Shown: one piece after another, positions 35,601-45,264 of the stretch
How the letters are laid out: each line of letters starts with the position of its first letter
Position numbering within the stretch: the stretch's first letter is position 1
Source: Treponemataceae bacterium
Lineage (GTDB): Bacteria; Spirochaetota; Spirochaetia; Treponematales; Treponemataceae
Assembly: GCA_024402495.1 (NCBI GenBank)
Contig: JAKSTR010000002.1
Location: 16,708-80,707 of the forward strand
DNA: 64,000 bases
Direction: 5' to 3'
The notes under the pieces: generated by a model
The model's input: the letters and a program-made list of their open reading frames with translations, nothing else
Databases searched by the model: none
What the model was told of the DNA's origin: nothing
Program-made: the position numbers and the translations under genes

Positions 35601-36454
35601 CCGCCAAAGCCCTGCCAGTTCGGTTTTTCTTCTTCGTTCATTAAGTCGATGCCGGCTAAAAGGCGCTTCAGCCATTCGCCCAGAAGATCTGCCCACTGGC
35701 TGCGTATATAGTCCAGCTGACCGCGCAAACTTGTAGGGCTGTGAAGAACAGGTTCTTTCAGCATGTTGATTAAAGTATTGCTGTTCGGTCCGAAAGGCGG
35801 CAGTTTTGAAAAATATTTTTTCAGGTCAACCCAGGTTTCTGCGTAAAGCGGGTTTTCGTTCAGGTTTTTGTCATTAAAAAGAACAAAAAACGGTTCAAAA
35901 GCCGGGTTTTCGTTGGCAAGATGAAGCAGAACCATTTCTTCAAGCGTGGTAATGCGGTTATTTATGCCGGTCGCCGGGTTAATGCTTTCAAGATAGGTTT
36001 CCGGAAAAACGATATTGCGGTAAACGTCTGCCGGCGGAAACTCATTTGTAAAATCCAGAAGCAGCTGGTCAACAGATTCTTTGCCGTATTTGTCGTCAAG
36101 AAGAGCCAGAGCTTCTGCAAAAGCTTTGGGCGCAATCTGGCGGCGGTACAAATAGCATACATAGTGAAAAATTTCGTCGATTAAGCCCATTGCGTTAAGC
36201 TGACCGGCTTTTATCATTTGTTCCGGGTGCAAAACCGGGTCAATCGTATCGTTTATCTTTTTGGCAAACAGTCTTACATTCTTAAAATTTGCCAAAATTA
36301 CGTTGCCTGTTGTAGAAAAAAGTGAACCGTCAAACTGGCAGCGTTCCCTTATTGCGCGGGAAACATGAAATTCAAAATGCGGCTGGGGCGTAGTTTCGCT
36401 TATTGCAGGATTTATCGTAAAAACTTGGTCAAAAGCTTGGTTTTCTGTGTTCAT
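32621..36454 (-). CDS. giant GH13 alpha-amylase-family protein with a Lys/Ala-rich histone-H1-like C-terminal tail
   Basis: 1277 aa. GH13 regions DMVPNHTG, IIRFDAAMVLAKKH, LLLAEAFW and FMNNPDE. The last ~60 aa are AKKARTKTAGTAAKASGKTAKTAKTPAAKTAAKAKAEKAEKPKTEKPATKAKKPDKK. Confidence 0.85.
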   Translation of the reverse strand: MNTENQAFDQVFTINPAISETTPQPHFEFHVSRAIRERCQFDGSLFSTTGNVILANFKNVRLFAKKINDTIDPVLHPEQMIKAGQLNAMGLIDEIFHYVCYLYRRQIAPKAFAEALALLDDKYGKESVDQLLLDFTNEFPPADVYRNIVFPETYLESINPATGINNRITTLEEMVLLHLANENPAFEPFFVLFNDKNLNENPLYAETWVDLKKYFSKLPPFGPNSNTLINMLKEPVLHSPTSLRGQLDYIRSQWADLLGEWLKRLLAGIDLMNEEEKPNWQGFGGPGGDGLPPMDPYNYDYLTKEYERYSPDREWMPRVVLMAKTVLVWLDQLTKKYQRPINRLDLIPDEELDLLAQRGFTGLWLIGLWERSTASCRIKQINGNPEAAASAYSLEDYNIANNLGGWDALDNLRRRCWQRGIRLASDMVPNHTGMDAKWVVERPDMFIQRRDCPFPTYTFNGENLSHDSRVSVYLEDHYYSKNDCAVVFKRVDNYTGDTRYIYHGNDGTGLPWNDTAQIDFLNPEAREAVIQEILHVARNFPIIRFDAAMVLAKKHIKRLWYPEPGSGGDIASRSESALSREEFENRIPNEFWREVVDRCAKEIPDTLLLAEAFWMMEGYFVRTLGMHRVYNSAFMNMLKKEENYKYRQTVKNTLEFDPQVLRRFVNFMNNPDEETAVAQFGRDDKYFGVCTLMVTMPGLPMFGHGQIEGFTEKYGMEYQKAYYDEQPDENLIARHNREIFPLMKKRYLFAEVENFYFYDVWNNGSVNENVFAYSNSFGDEKAVVFYNNVYQQAVGWIKESCRYAVKTGEETSEMHTCSIANALKLSTAGNAFCIFQEQRSGLWYIRTCEEIHKNGLYMCLNGFESQVLLNFSEVFDDETGKYRILYETLNGSGVEDIQVALQEIFLKDLYKALCDFVTSDFTGTFASLCESKAVALAKAAALKESAAQTKDGKKTAKTEKPKKLPTLAALLKANKEAGIKYFETFAEFVKGNYGAAQIVNLAKTGESVAAEKCYKAFGNTLAEIIEIKKAAEEPSATKQQKELYQTLLAKPNGAEYAFVLALLAANKGAIGKKATSSDAAKLAEQWGLNRKLFSIVKKTAIADTSLWYYQALTPVLLCTSTAPADKKTTKEAAYFTISTLFENKNAPALTGLNTFDNVRWFGKEQTERALEEICFAQNLFKGKKAEDFEACAKLLVKTCEEAQYKADDFLAALAPAVKKPAKKARTKTAGTAAKASGKTAKTAKTPAAKTAAKAKAEKAEKPKTEKPATKAKKPDKK

Positions 36455-36470
36455 CTTTTCTCCCGAAAAT

Positions 36471-38438
36471 CTATTTTTTGTGCAGTTTGCACAATTCTTT
36501 TATTGAATTAATCAGTTCTTTGTCGCTTGCAAGCTGGTCAATGGTGCAGGGCAGGCGGTAAGTCCAGTTGAATTCTGTTACGCTGCCGGGAACATTTACG
36601 CGTTCTGCTTCGCAATCGTCGTCGTAATATCTGGCATTTAAATGCAGCAGATCTTGCAGCGGGTGAATGCAGAATGCACTTTGGGCTTTTGCAATGTTTT
36701 TAAGCACGTATTCTGCGGTTTGCGGCGTATAAGTTTCTTCATCAACGCCTTCGGCTTCGCCAAAATCGCGGATGAAATCTTTTCCGGCGTTTTCGTTAAG
36801 CCACCAGCCGCGTATTGTAGAAGAATCGTGTACCGAGTTTGCCGCAACGCTTACAGACGGATAATCTTCCGGCATGACGTAAGGCTGTCCGTCTTTGTTC
36901 CATTCGCGCGTCCAGCGCACAATCCGCAGGCTTAAAATATTCAGTGCGCCCATTACTCTGGGCACAGATTCCGGGTTTGCGCCCAAATCTTCGGCGCACG
37001 GTATCATATCCACCGATTTTGTTAAGTCGCCCAAAATGTTTTTTGCCTGTTTTTCCCAGGCTTTTTCCATTTTTTCCTGTTTGGATTCTATTAATTCCTG
37101 CAGCGCTGTTTTTTCCTGTTCGTTCAGGCTTTGCCACGCGGTAGAATCTCTGTATGCCCAGGTTGGCGTGTATTTGTTTTTGCTTACTTCAATTAAACAG
37201 CGGTTGCGCCAAAGTTCTGCAAGGCGGTTTTTTATTAAATCCGGCATATCGGTGCTGTAAATGTCGCTGTCAGTTTTTATGCTGTCTTTAAAAAGCCACA
37301 TTTCTTCTGTACCGATTCGGTTCATGATTTTTTGCAGCTCGCCGTGCGTACCCAAATAGTCAAAGTTGTTTACTTCTTCAATCTGGCGTGTTTCTATATG
37401 CGGCTTGCTTAGCCAGCGCAGGCGTTCTGCGCTAAAGCCTATTTCTTCCAGTTCTTTGGCACTAATGGTTTCCAGCGGCTGCGGATAGCCCAAAACAGCG
37501 GTTCTTTCGCCCTGCGGTACAGCCCAAATGCGGAAAAAGCCCAAAACGTGGTCGATGCGGTAGGCTTTGTAATATTTTTCCGCGGCTTTTAGGCGTTCTT
37601 TCCACCATGAATAGTCGCAGGCTTTAAGATTTTTCCAGTTATAAATCGGAAATCCCCAGTTTTGTCCGGTCGGGTTATAGCCGTCGGCTGGGGCACCGGC
37701 ACGAAGATTCATGTTGAAGAATTCCGGGTTTGCCCATGCGTCAGCAGAATCTTCGTTCATCATAATGGGAATGTCGCCTTTTAAAATTATTCCGGCGGCT
37801 TTTACGTATTCTGCGGCTTTTGTAAACTGTTCGTCCAGCCGCATCTGCATCCATGCGAAAAAATAATGTTCTTTCTGTTTGTTTTTATCGTTCCACGCGC
37901 TTTCAATTTCTTCGGTACTGGCGTTTTTTCCGTTGCTCCAGCTTTGCCAGTTTGCTTCAAAGTTTTCGCGTTTTTTCTGCATAAAAACGGCGTAGGCTTT
38001 TACCCACTGGTGGCTTTCAATCCATTTGGCAAGCCGGTCGTCTTTTATAATATTCTGCGCGTTTGCGTTAAAAATTGCAGACAGCAATTCTAATTTGTCA
38101 TTGCGTAACTGCTTGTAATTAAAGCGTTTAGCGTTATCGTGCTTTTGTTTTAGTTCTGTAATCTCGGTTAAAAACGGTTCTGCTTCGGGCAGTGCCTGCA
38201 GGCGCATATAAATAGGGTGCAGTGCAAAAGCCGAAAGTGCACTGTATGGGGAGCTTTCGGTGCCGGTATCGTTTACGGGCAAAAGTTGAATAAGTTCAAG
38301 GTTTGCTGATTTGCAAAAATCTGCAAAAGGTAAAAGGTCTAAAAATTCGCCGGCGCCGCAACTGTCGCCGGTTTTTAACGCTGCAACAGGAATTGCTGTT
38401 CCTGTGAGACGGGGTAATTTTGCTGTTTTCTGTGCCAT
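36471..38438 (-). CDS. malQ: 4-alpha-glucanotransferase (GH77 amylomaltase)
   Basis: GH77 signature YRIDHVLGFFRIW. ATG 38438 (MAQKTAKLPRLTG) is preferred over TTG 38465. Ends 16 nt before the GH13 start. Confidence 0.88.
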   Translation of the reverse strand: MAQKTAKLPRLTGTAIPVAALKTGDSCGAGEFLDLLPFADFCKSANLELIQLLPVNDTGTESSPYSALSAFALHPIYMRLQALPEAEPFLTEITELKQKHDNAKRFNYKQLRNDKLELLSAIFNANAQNIIKDDRLAKWIESHQWVKAYAVFMQKKRENFEANWQSWSNGKNASTEEIESAWNDKNKQKEHYFFAWMQMRLDEQFTKAAEYVKAAGIILKGDIPIMMNEDSADAWANPEFFNMNLRAGAPADGYNPTGQNWGFPIYNWKNLKACDYSWWKERLKAAEKYYKAYRIDHVLGFFRIWAVPQGERTAVLGYPQPLETISAKELEEIGFSAERLRWLSKPHIETRQIEEVNNFDYLGTHGELQKIMNRIGTEEMWLFKDSIKTDSDIYSTDMPDLIKNRLAELWRNRCLIEVSKNKYTPTWAYRDSTAWQSLNEQEKTALQELIESKQEKMEKAWEKQAKNILGDLTKSVDMIPCAEDLGANPESVPRVMGALNILSLRIVRWTREWNKDGQPYVMPEDYPSVSVAANSVHDSSTIRGWWLNENAGKDFIRDFGEAEGVDEETYTPQTAEYVLKNIAKAQSAFCIHPLQDLLHLNARYYDDDCEAERVNVPGSVTEFNWTYRLPCTIDQLASDKELINSIKELCKLHKK

Positions 38439-38444
38439 TGCAAT

Positions 38445-38453
38445 ATTATAGCA
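38445..38453 (-). promoter_or_regulatory. extended -10 element TGcTATAAT 6 nt from the malQ ATG (leaderless candidate)
   Basis: Minus strand: TGCTATAAT (38453-38445), then attgca, then ATG 38438. No SD. Confidence 0.35.
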
Positions 38454-38501
38454 CAGAAAAAGCAAATCGTGGTTAATTTTGTAAAGCGTTTTACAAAAAA
38501 T

Positions 38502-39044
38502 TTATTGCGCTTTTACGGCAATTCGGTTTGGATAAAGCTGGTTTAATTTGTCAAATTGAGCTTTTTCATCAACAAAATAAACGTATTCCGGATGCTTCTT
38601 TTTAAGTGCTTCAATAACTGCGGTTTCGCCGGTGCAATTGCCTGTTTGCGGCAAAACAAACCCGGCAACGGCTTTGCAGTCTTTTATGCGGCGTGCGCAA
38701 TGGTAAAAAACTTCTGCAAGCAATTCCGGTGCCGCATTATTTGCGTTTTCTACAGTCGGCAGAATTACAAAATTGGTCAAAGTTTCGTCAAAGGCTTTTA
38801 ATTCTTCACGCAAAGCTGCCAGAAATGCTTCGTCAAAGCCGGCTTCTTCCGTTCCGATAAGGGCAAAATCAAAAGCAACGGCAAAAAGCCGGGCGGTATC
38901 GGCAGCGGACTGCAAGGCTTTTATTTGCGCCAAATCGCTTTGGGCATTTGTTAACTGAATTGTAGAAAAAGTATTGAACTGGCTGCCTTTTGTGGTACAA
39001 AGGGCATTGTCTTTAATAAAATAATCGTTTTCGGTAAGTTTCAT
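38502..39044 (-). CDS. hypothetical protein, first gene of the malQ/GH13 string
   Basis: 180-aa ORF with ordinary composition. No motif recognised. Confidence 0.6.
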   Translation of the reverse strand: MKLTENDYFIKDNALCTTKGSQFNTFSTIQLTNAQSDLAQIKALQSAADTARLFAVAFDFALIGTEEAGFDEAFLAALREELKAFDETLTNFVILPTVENANNAAPELLAEVFYHCARRIKDCKAVAGFVLPQTGNCTGETAVIEALKKKHPEYVYFVDEKAQFDKLNQLYPNRIAVKAQ

Positions 39045-39074
39045 AATTTTATAAAATCGGGCTATAACGAAAAA

Positions 39075-39095
39075 AACCGCTGGCTTGCAGCGGTT
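39075..39095 (-). terminator. rho-independent terminator after the EIIA gene
   Basis: AACCGCTG / CAGCGGTT stem with a 5-nt loop, flanked by an A6/T5 run. Confidence 0.7.
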
Positions 39096-39118
39096 TTTGT
39101 ACGCAGAAAATAAACAAA

Positions 39119-39565
39119 CTATTCTGTAAGAATACGGATAACTTCAGATTTATCTGTTGTTTTCAAGATTTCTGCACGTTTGTCAGCGCTTTTGAACAAA
39201 AGGCTTACTTCAGCCAAAAACTGAAGGTGTGGACCTGTTTTGTTAACTGGCGACAAAGTCATAATGAAGATGCGGCATGGTTCCTGATCGAGTGAATCAA
39301 AATCTACAGGATTATCAGAAATACCGATACAGGCAACCAAATCGCTTACAGTATCAGTTTTTCCGTGTGGAATGGCAATTCCGTGTTTCATGCCTGTTGA
39401 CATTTTATGTTCGCGGTCAAGTACACAGGCACGAGCAGTTTCTTTATCAGTAACCTTGCCTGCGCTTACCAAAATGTCAAGCATTTCGTCGATAATTTCT
39501 TCTTTAGTTGTACCGGCAAGATGAAGGTTCACAGTGTCGGGTGTTAATACAGTTTTCAAGTTCAT
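39119..39565 (-). CDS. PTS EIIA, fructose/nitrogen (PtsN-like) type
   Basis: 148 aa with the phosphorylation-site context GIAIPHGKTD. Confidence 0.8.
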   Translation of the reverse strand: MNLKTVLTPDTVNLHLAGTTKEEIIDEMLDILVSAGKVTDKETARACVLDREHKMSTGMKHGIAIPHGKTDTVSDLVACIGISDNPVDFDSLDQEPCRIFIMTLSPVNKTGPHLQFLAEVSLLFKSADKRAEILKTTDKSEVIRILTE

Positions 39566-39571
39566 ACTAAC

Positions 39572-39600
39572 AGTTTAAGTCGCTTTATAAATAAAGTCAA
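39572..39600 (-). promoter_or_regulatory. promoter abutting the EIIA start codon (leaderless candidate)
   Basis: Minus strand: TTGACT (39600-39595), 17-nt spacer, TAAACT (39577-39572), then 6 nt to ATG 39565. Confidence 0.4.
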
Positions 39601-39706
39601 GAAAAAATGAGTTTGGAAAATTTCAAATTTCAATTGAAAATTAACCAAACGCCCAAAAAGTACTATAAAATTACGTTTTTTGCAATTTTTCTTCTATATA
39701 ATAAGG

Positions 39707-40630
39707 CTAAAAGAACATTCGTAAAATTATTCCCTGGTCATAGTTGCCGAAGCCGCGCCCGAAAATATTCATTCCGCCAACGTTTGCGGCGTTTTCTTTT
39801 ACGCCTATTTTCATTCTTACCGAATGGTGTTCTGCAAGCTGCAAATCTTCCAGCGTTACATCGGAGATTTTTACGCCGTCAATAAAGCTGCCTTCGCTGC
39901 TTACGCTCCAGTGCTTCAAAAGTCCGTACTGACTGCCTTCCAGTTTCCACCAATCCGGGGTTAAAATGCCGCGCTTGTCGCCAAAATCGCCGGGGCTGAC
40001 CCATGTGCCAATTTCAATGTTGTTAATCCACATGGTAATATCGCTTGGCCAAACCGAATTTGTTCCCGGCACTTCAGAAGAAAGTTCCATTGAAAATTCA
40101 ATTTTTTTCGGAATGCGGGCGGTGTTTTTGGCGTTGTTTGGAAATTTATATTCAAAAGTACCGCTGCCGCACCACAAAAGCCCTGCTTTCATGCGTTCCG
40201 GGTTCAAAAAAGCGTCCGGCATATCCAGATAGCCGATTATTCGCTCGGCGGAACAAAGACCGCAGGGCGCAGTAACTTCGTAATCTGTAAAAATACCTAT
40301 TGGCATTTCTACGTCGATGAAATTTTCATCGGGTTTTGCGGTTTCGGGGAATTTTATTAAAAGTTCATTGAAAGCACAGCTGCAAAGCTTTTGGCTGCCT
40401 TTTTTGGCTTTCTGGGCTTCGGTATTTATAAGGGCAGCGTTTTCCAGGATGGAAATATGGGTTGCCACCGTTGACTGCGGCAGCTGTAATGCCTCTGCAA
40501 TTTCGTTTACGTTTAGGGCTTTTTGCCGCAGCAGGTTTAAAATATTTATTCGCGGTTCAGAAGCTAGCGCTTTAATTTTGTCAATATCTTCAAGAGGGTT
40601 TACTAAAACCAGTTTTTCGGCTTCTTTCAT
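39707..40630 (-). CDS. ArsR-family HTH regulator with a ~200-aa C-terminal domain
   Basis: N-terminal winged helix: LASEPRINILNLLRQKALNVNEIAEALQLPQSTVATHISILE. Confidence 0.8.
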   Translation of the reverse strand: MKEAEKLVLVNPLEDIDKIKALASEPRINILNLLRQKALNVNEIAEALQLPQSTVATHISILENAALINTEAQKAKKGSQKLCSCAFNELLIKFPETAKPDENFIDVEMPIGIFTDYEVTAPCGLCSAERIIGYLDMPDAFLNPERMKAGLLWCGSGTFEYKFPNNAKNTARIPKKIEFSMELSSEVPGTNSVWPSDITMWINNIEIGTWVSPGDFGDKRGILTPDWWKLEGSQYGLLKHWSVSSEGSFIDGVKISDVTLEDLQLAEHHSVRMKIGVKENAANVGGMNIFGRGFGNYDQGIILRMFF

Positions 40631-40685
40631 GTTTGTAAGAATAACAATTTTTTTTGATATTGTACATAAATTATTGATATAATGG

Positions 40686-41480
40686 CTAAGTTTTCTGCAA
40701 AACGTCTACAATATGCGAACCTGCGCCCAGAAGTTCCGGGCGTTCGGCATTTAAAGAAACATAATTTATGAATTCTTCAAAAGTTTCTTCGCTCATGGCG
40801 TTCAGCTGGGCGCGCATAAAATCGGCAGGTCCGTCCGGTGAAAAGATTTTTACGCGCTTTAAGCCGGTTTGGGCATTCAGGCGGTTCAGGTCGTCTATGC
40901 GCACATAGTCGTATAATTCGTATTCCGGGCTTACAATATGAAAATTCTGGTCAACTCTTCCGGCTTTTTTAAGGTCGCAAATGCGGTTCTGGTCAAAACA
41001 ATATACCAGAAGGCTGTAATCGTTCATTACGTAGCCTGCAAAAATGTAGCCGCCTTTTTTTGTAATTCGTTTTACTTCGCTGAAGGCTTTCAATTTTTCT
41101 TCGTCGCCGTGCAAATGGTACAAAGGGCCAAAAAAAATCGTTAAATCAAAGGTTTCGTCTTTTAAGAAATGCAAGCTGCGTGCGTCGCCAGACCAGATTT
41201 TTACGTTTGCGTGTTTTTTTTCCATTATTTCAACGTTGTGCTTTACAAGTTCAACTGCGGTAATGTCAAAACCCTGATTTGCCAGTTCCACGGAATATCT
41301 GCCGGTGCCTGCGCCAATGTCCGCAATTTTTATGTTTGGGTTTTGCGCCTGCAAAATTTCAATAAACTGGTGAATATATTTCATCGCCACAGTAAATTCC
41401 ACCCTGCCGTGGCGTGTTTTTAAACGGTTTTCTTCTTTGTGCTTGTTGTAATATTCTTCAATAGTCATGTTTTTTGCCAT
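40686..41480 (-). CDS. class I SAM-dependent methyltransferase
   Basis: Motif I IADIGAGTGRYS. ATG 41480 (MAKNMTIEEYY) is preferred over the track start at 41606. Confidence 0.8.
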   Translation of the reverse strand: MAKNMTIEEYYNKHKEENRLKTRHGRVEFTVAMKYIHQFIEILQAQNPNIKIADIGAGTGRYSVELANQGFDITAVELVKHNVEIMEKKHANVKIWSGDARSLHFLKDETFDLTIFFGPLYHLHGDEEKLKAFSEVKRITKKGGYIFAGYVMNDYSLLVYCFDQNRICDLKKAGRVDQNFHIVSPEYELYDYVRIDDLNRLNAQTGLKRVKIFSPDGPADFMRAQLNAMSEETFEEFINYVSLNAERPELLGAGSHIVDVLQKT

Positions 41481-41630
41481 AATACTAAAAAATCGGCAAA
41501 AATCTTCAAAAACCCCATTACCCGCCCAAAATATAATCTCACCCTTTCTCCGTTTGCATTTCCTTCCCAGCCGCCAAAACACTCCCTTCAACGTAAAACG
41601 AAGCAAATGTAAAAATGAAAAGTAATAAAA

Positions 41631-41704
41631 ACGGCGAAAGCCCCAAAAAACAGATCCTTGTAAGCATAGCGCACACGGGAGCTGTTTTTCGGGGCTTTCG
41701 CCGT
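41631..41704 (-). terminator. long-stem (23 bp) hairpin terminator downstream of groEL
   Basis: ACGGCGAAAGCCCCAAAAAACAG (41631-41653) pairs with CTGTTTTTCGGGGCTTTCGCCGT (41682-41704) with one mismatch. The minus strand continues TTTTATT. Confidence 0.7.
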
Positions 41705-41736
41705 ATTCAATAATGTTTTATTTTACATTCGCGGAA

Positions 41737-43452
<1,716 letters not shown>

Positions 43453-43646
43453 TTAACTTAAAACGGCAATAGACAAACAAAACTTTTTCTTTCTGCCGGT
43501 TTTGGTGCTTTGCTCAGTGCCTTGTACAAAAACCGGCACAAGACGAAAGAAAACGAGAAGTACAAGTGGGACTTTAAATCACTTATAAAATGCGCTAAAC
43601 TAACAGGCGTGTTTGCCGCAAAAAAGGCATAAAAAGAGGCGTTATT

Positions 43647-44609
43647 ATGGAAAAGAATTCAAAAATTTATGTTGCCGGTCACAACGGTCTGGTTGGTTCG
43701 GCTATTGTACGTTCGTTAAAAGCCCAGGGTTTTACAAATATTATTGGAAAAAGTTCAAAAGAACTTGATTTGCGGAATCAGGCAGCGGTTGCAGATTTTT
43801 TTGCCGCCGAAAAACCTGAATACGTATTTTTAGCCGCTGCAAAAGTTGGTGGCATTTACGCAAACAATACAACTCCGGCAGAATTCATTTACGACAACCT
43901 GATGATTGAAACAAACATCATTCATTCTGCATACCTTAATAAAGTAAAAAAACTGCTGTTTTTGGGCAGTTCATGCATTTACCCAAAATTTGCCCAGCAG
44001 CCAATTAAAGAAGAATATCTTTTAAGCGGTTTGCTTGAACCTACAAACGAAGCTTACGCAATTGCAAAAATTACCGGTATTGAACTTTGCAAATTCTACC
44101 GCCGCCAGTACGGCTGCGATTTTATTTCGGCAATGCCTACAAACCTTTACGGCATAAACGACAACTTTGACATGAAGACAAGCCACGTTCTGCCGGCTCT
44201 TATCCGCAAATTCCACGAAGCAAAAGAAAGCGGTGCTGCCGAAGTTACCCTTTGGGGCACAGGAAAACCCCGCCGCGAATTTATGTACGTTGACGATTTG
44301 GCAGACGCCGTTGTTCACCTGATGCAAAACTATTCTGACGAAATTCACGTAAATCTTGGTACAGGCGAAGACCTGGAAATTGCAGAACTTGCCGCAATCG
44401 TTAAAAAGGTTGTCGGTTTTGAAGGCAAAATCGTTTACGACAGCACAAAACCTGACGGAACACCGCGCAAACTGCTTGATGTTTCCATTCTTAAAAATTC
44501 AGGTTACCAGCCGAAAGTTAGCCTTGAAGAAGGAATTACCCGTGTTTACGAATGGTACAAGCAGACTTTGGCAAGCGGCGACAACCTTAAAGGCGTAAAA
44601 AAAAACTAG
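43647..44609 (+). CDS. fcl: GDP-L-fucose synthase
   Basis: 320 aa. The NAD(P) motif is [12 protein letters not shown], with the SDR catalytic YAIAK. SD AAGAGG. Confidence 0.88.
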   Translation: MEKNSKIYVAGHNGLVGSAIVRSLKAQGFTNIIGKSSKELDLRNQAAVADFFAAEKPEYVFLAAAKVGGIYANNTTPAEFIYDNLMIETNIIHSAYLNKVKKLLFLGSSCIYPKFAQQPIKEEYLLSGLLEPTNEAYAIAKITGIELCKFYRRQYGCDFISAMPTNLYGINDNFDMKTSHVLPALIRKFHEAKESGAAEVTLWGTGKPRREFMYVDDLADAVVHLMQNYSDEIHVNLGTGEDLEIAELAAIVKKVVGFEGKIVYDSTKPDGTPRKLLDVSILKNSGYQPKVSLEEGITRVYEWYKQTLASGDNLKGVKKN

Positions 44610-44761
44610 AACAAAATGAAAATGCCGGCGCTGAAAAAAAATCCGGCGCCGCTTCGTCCGGTGGCAGTGCCTCTGGCGAACTGTTTACGCAGGCTGAACT
44701 TTTTGCCGGTTCTGCCGCAGGTTCTGCGAACAGCGCCGCTGCCAGAACTTCTGCACCAGCT

Positions 44762-45259
44762 GTGCCGGAAGCAGGCAAGCCGTTAAAAAGCGAAATCGTG
44801 GTTTACACCGACGGCGGCTGTTCCGGCAACCCCGGTGCAGGCGGCTGGGCGTGCGTAATAATAGACGAAGAAGCGGCAAAACTGGGCATTGCGCCAAAAG
44901 ACGAATGCTTTAGCGGCGGCGAAAAACTTACAACCAACAATCGAATGGAATTAAGCGCGGTAATTTGCGCATTAAGCCAGATAATAAAAAAGCCTTACAA
45001 CAGCAGCCGCCCGGTTTGCGTTTTTACAGACAGCCAGTACGTTAAAAACGGAATAAGCACATGGATAAACGGCTGGAAACGCAAGGGCTGGAAAACGGCA
45101 TCGGGCGGGGCGGTAAAAAACCAGGACTTGTGGCAGCAGCTTGACCAGTTGAACGGCAGCCTGAACGTAGAATGGCGCTGGGTAAAAGGTCATGCCGGCA
45201 TAAAATACAACGAAATCTGCGATTCTTTGTGTCAAAAAGAAATAGCTAAATATCGGTGA
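44762..45259 (+). CDS. rnhA: ribonuclease HI
   Basis: VVYTDGGCSGNPG ... TNNRMEL ... FTDSQYV ... VKGHAG. Only a GTG start without an SD is available. The frame is open upstream to 44591. Confidence 0.8.
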   Translation: MPEAGKPLKSEIVVYTDGGCSGNPGAGGWACVIIDEEAAKLGIAPKDECFSGGEKLTTNNRMELSAVICALSQIIKKPYNSSRPVCVFTDSQYVKNGISTWINGWKRKGWKTASGGAVKNQDLWQQLDQLNGSLNVEWRWVKGHAGIKYNEICDSLCQKEIAKYR

Positions 45260-45264
45260 AAAAT

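Noticed and set aside
44616-44786. 56-aa ORF (MKMPALKKNPAPLRPV...) between fcl and rnhA
   Set aside because: It is a Pro/Leu/Arg-rich reading of a GC-rich linker with no SD. It overlaps the rnhA domain frame, which reads as a more natural G/S/A linker.
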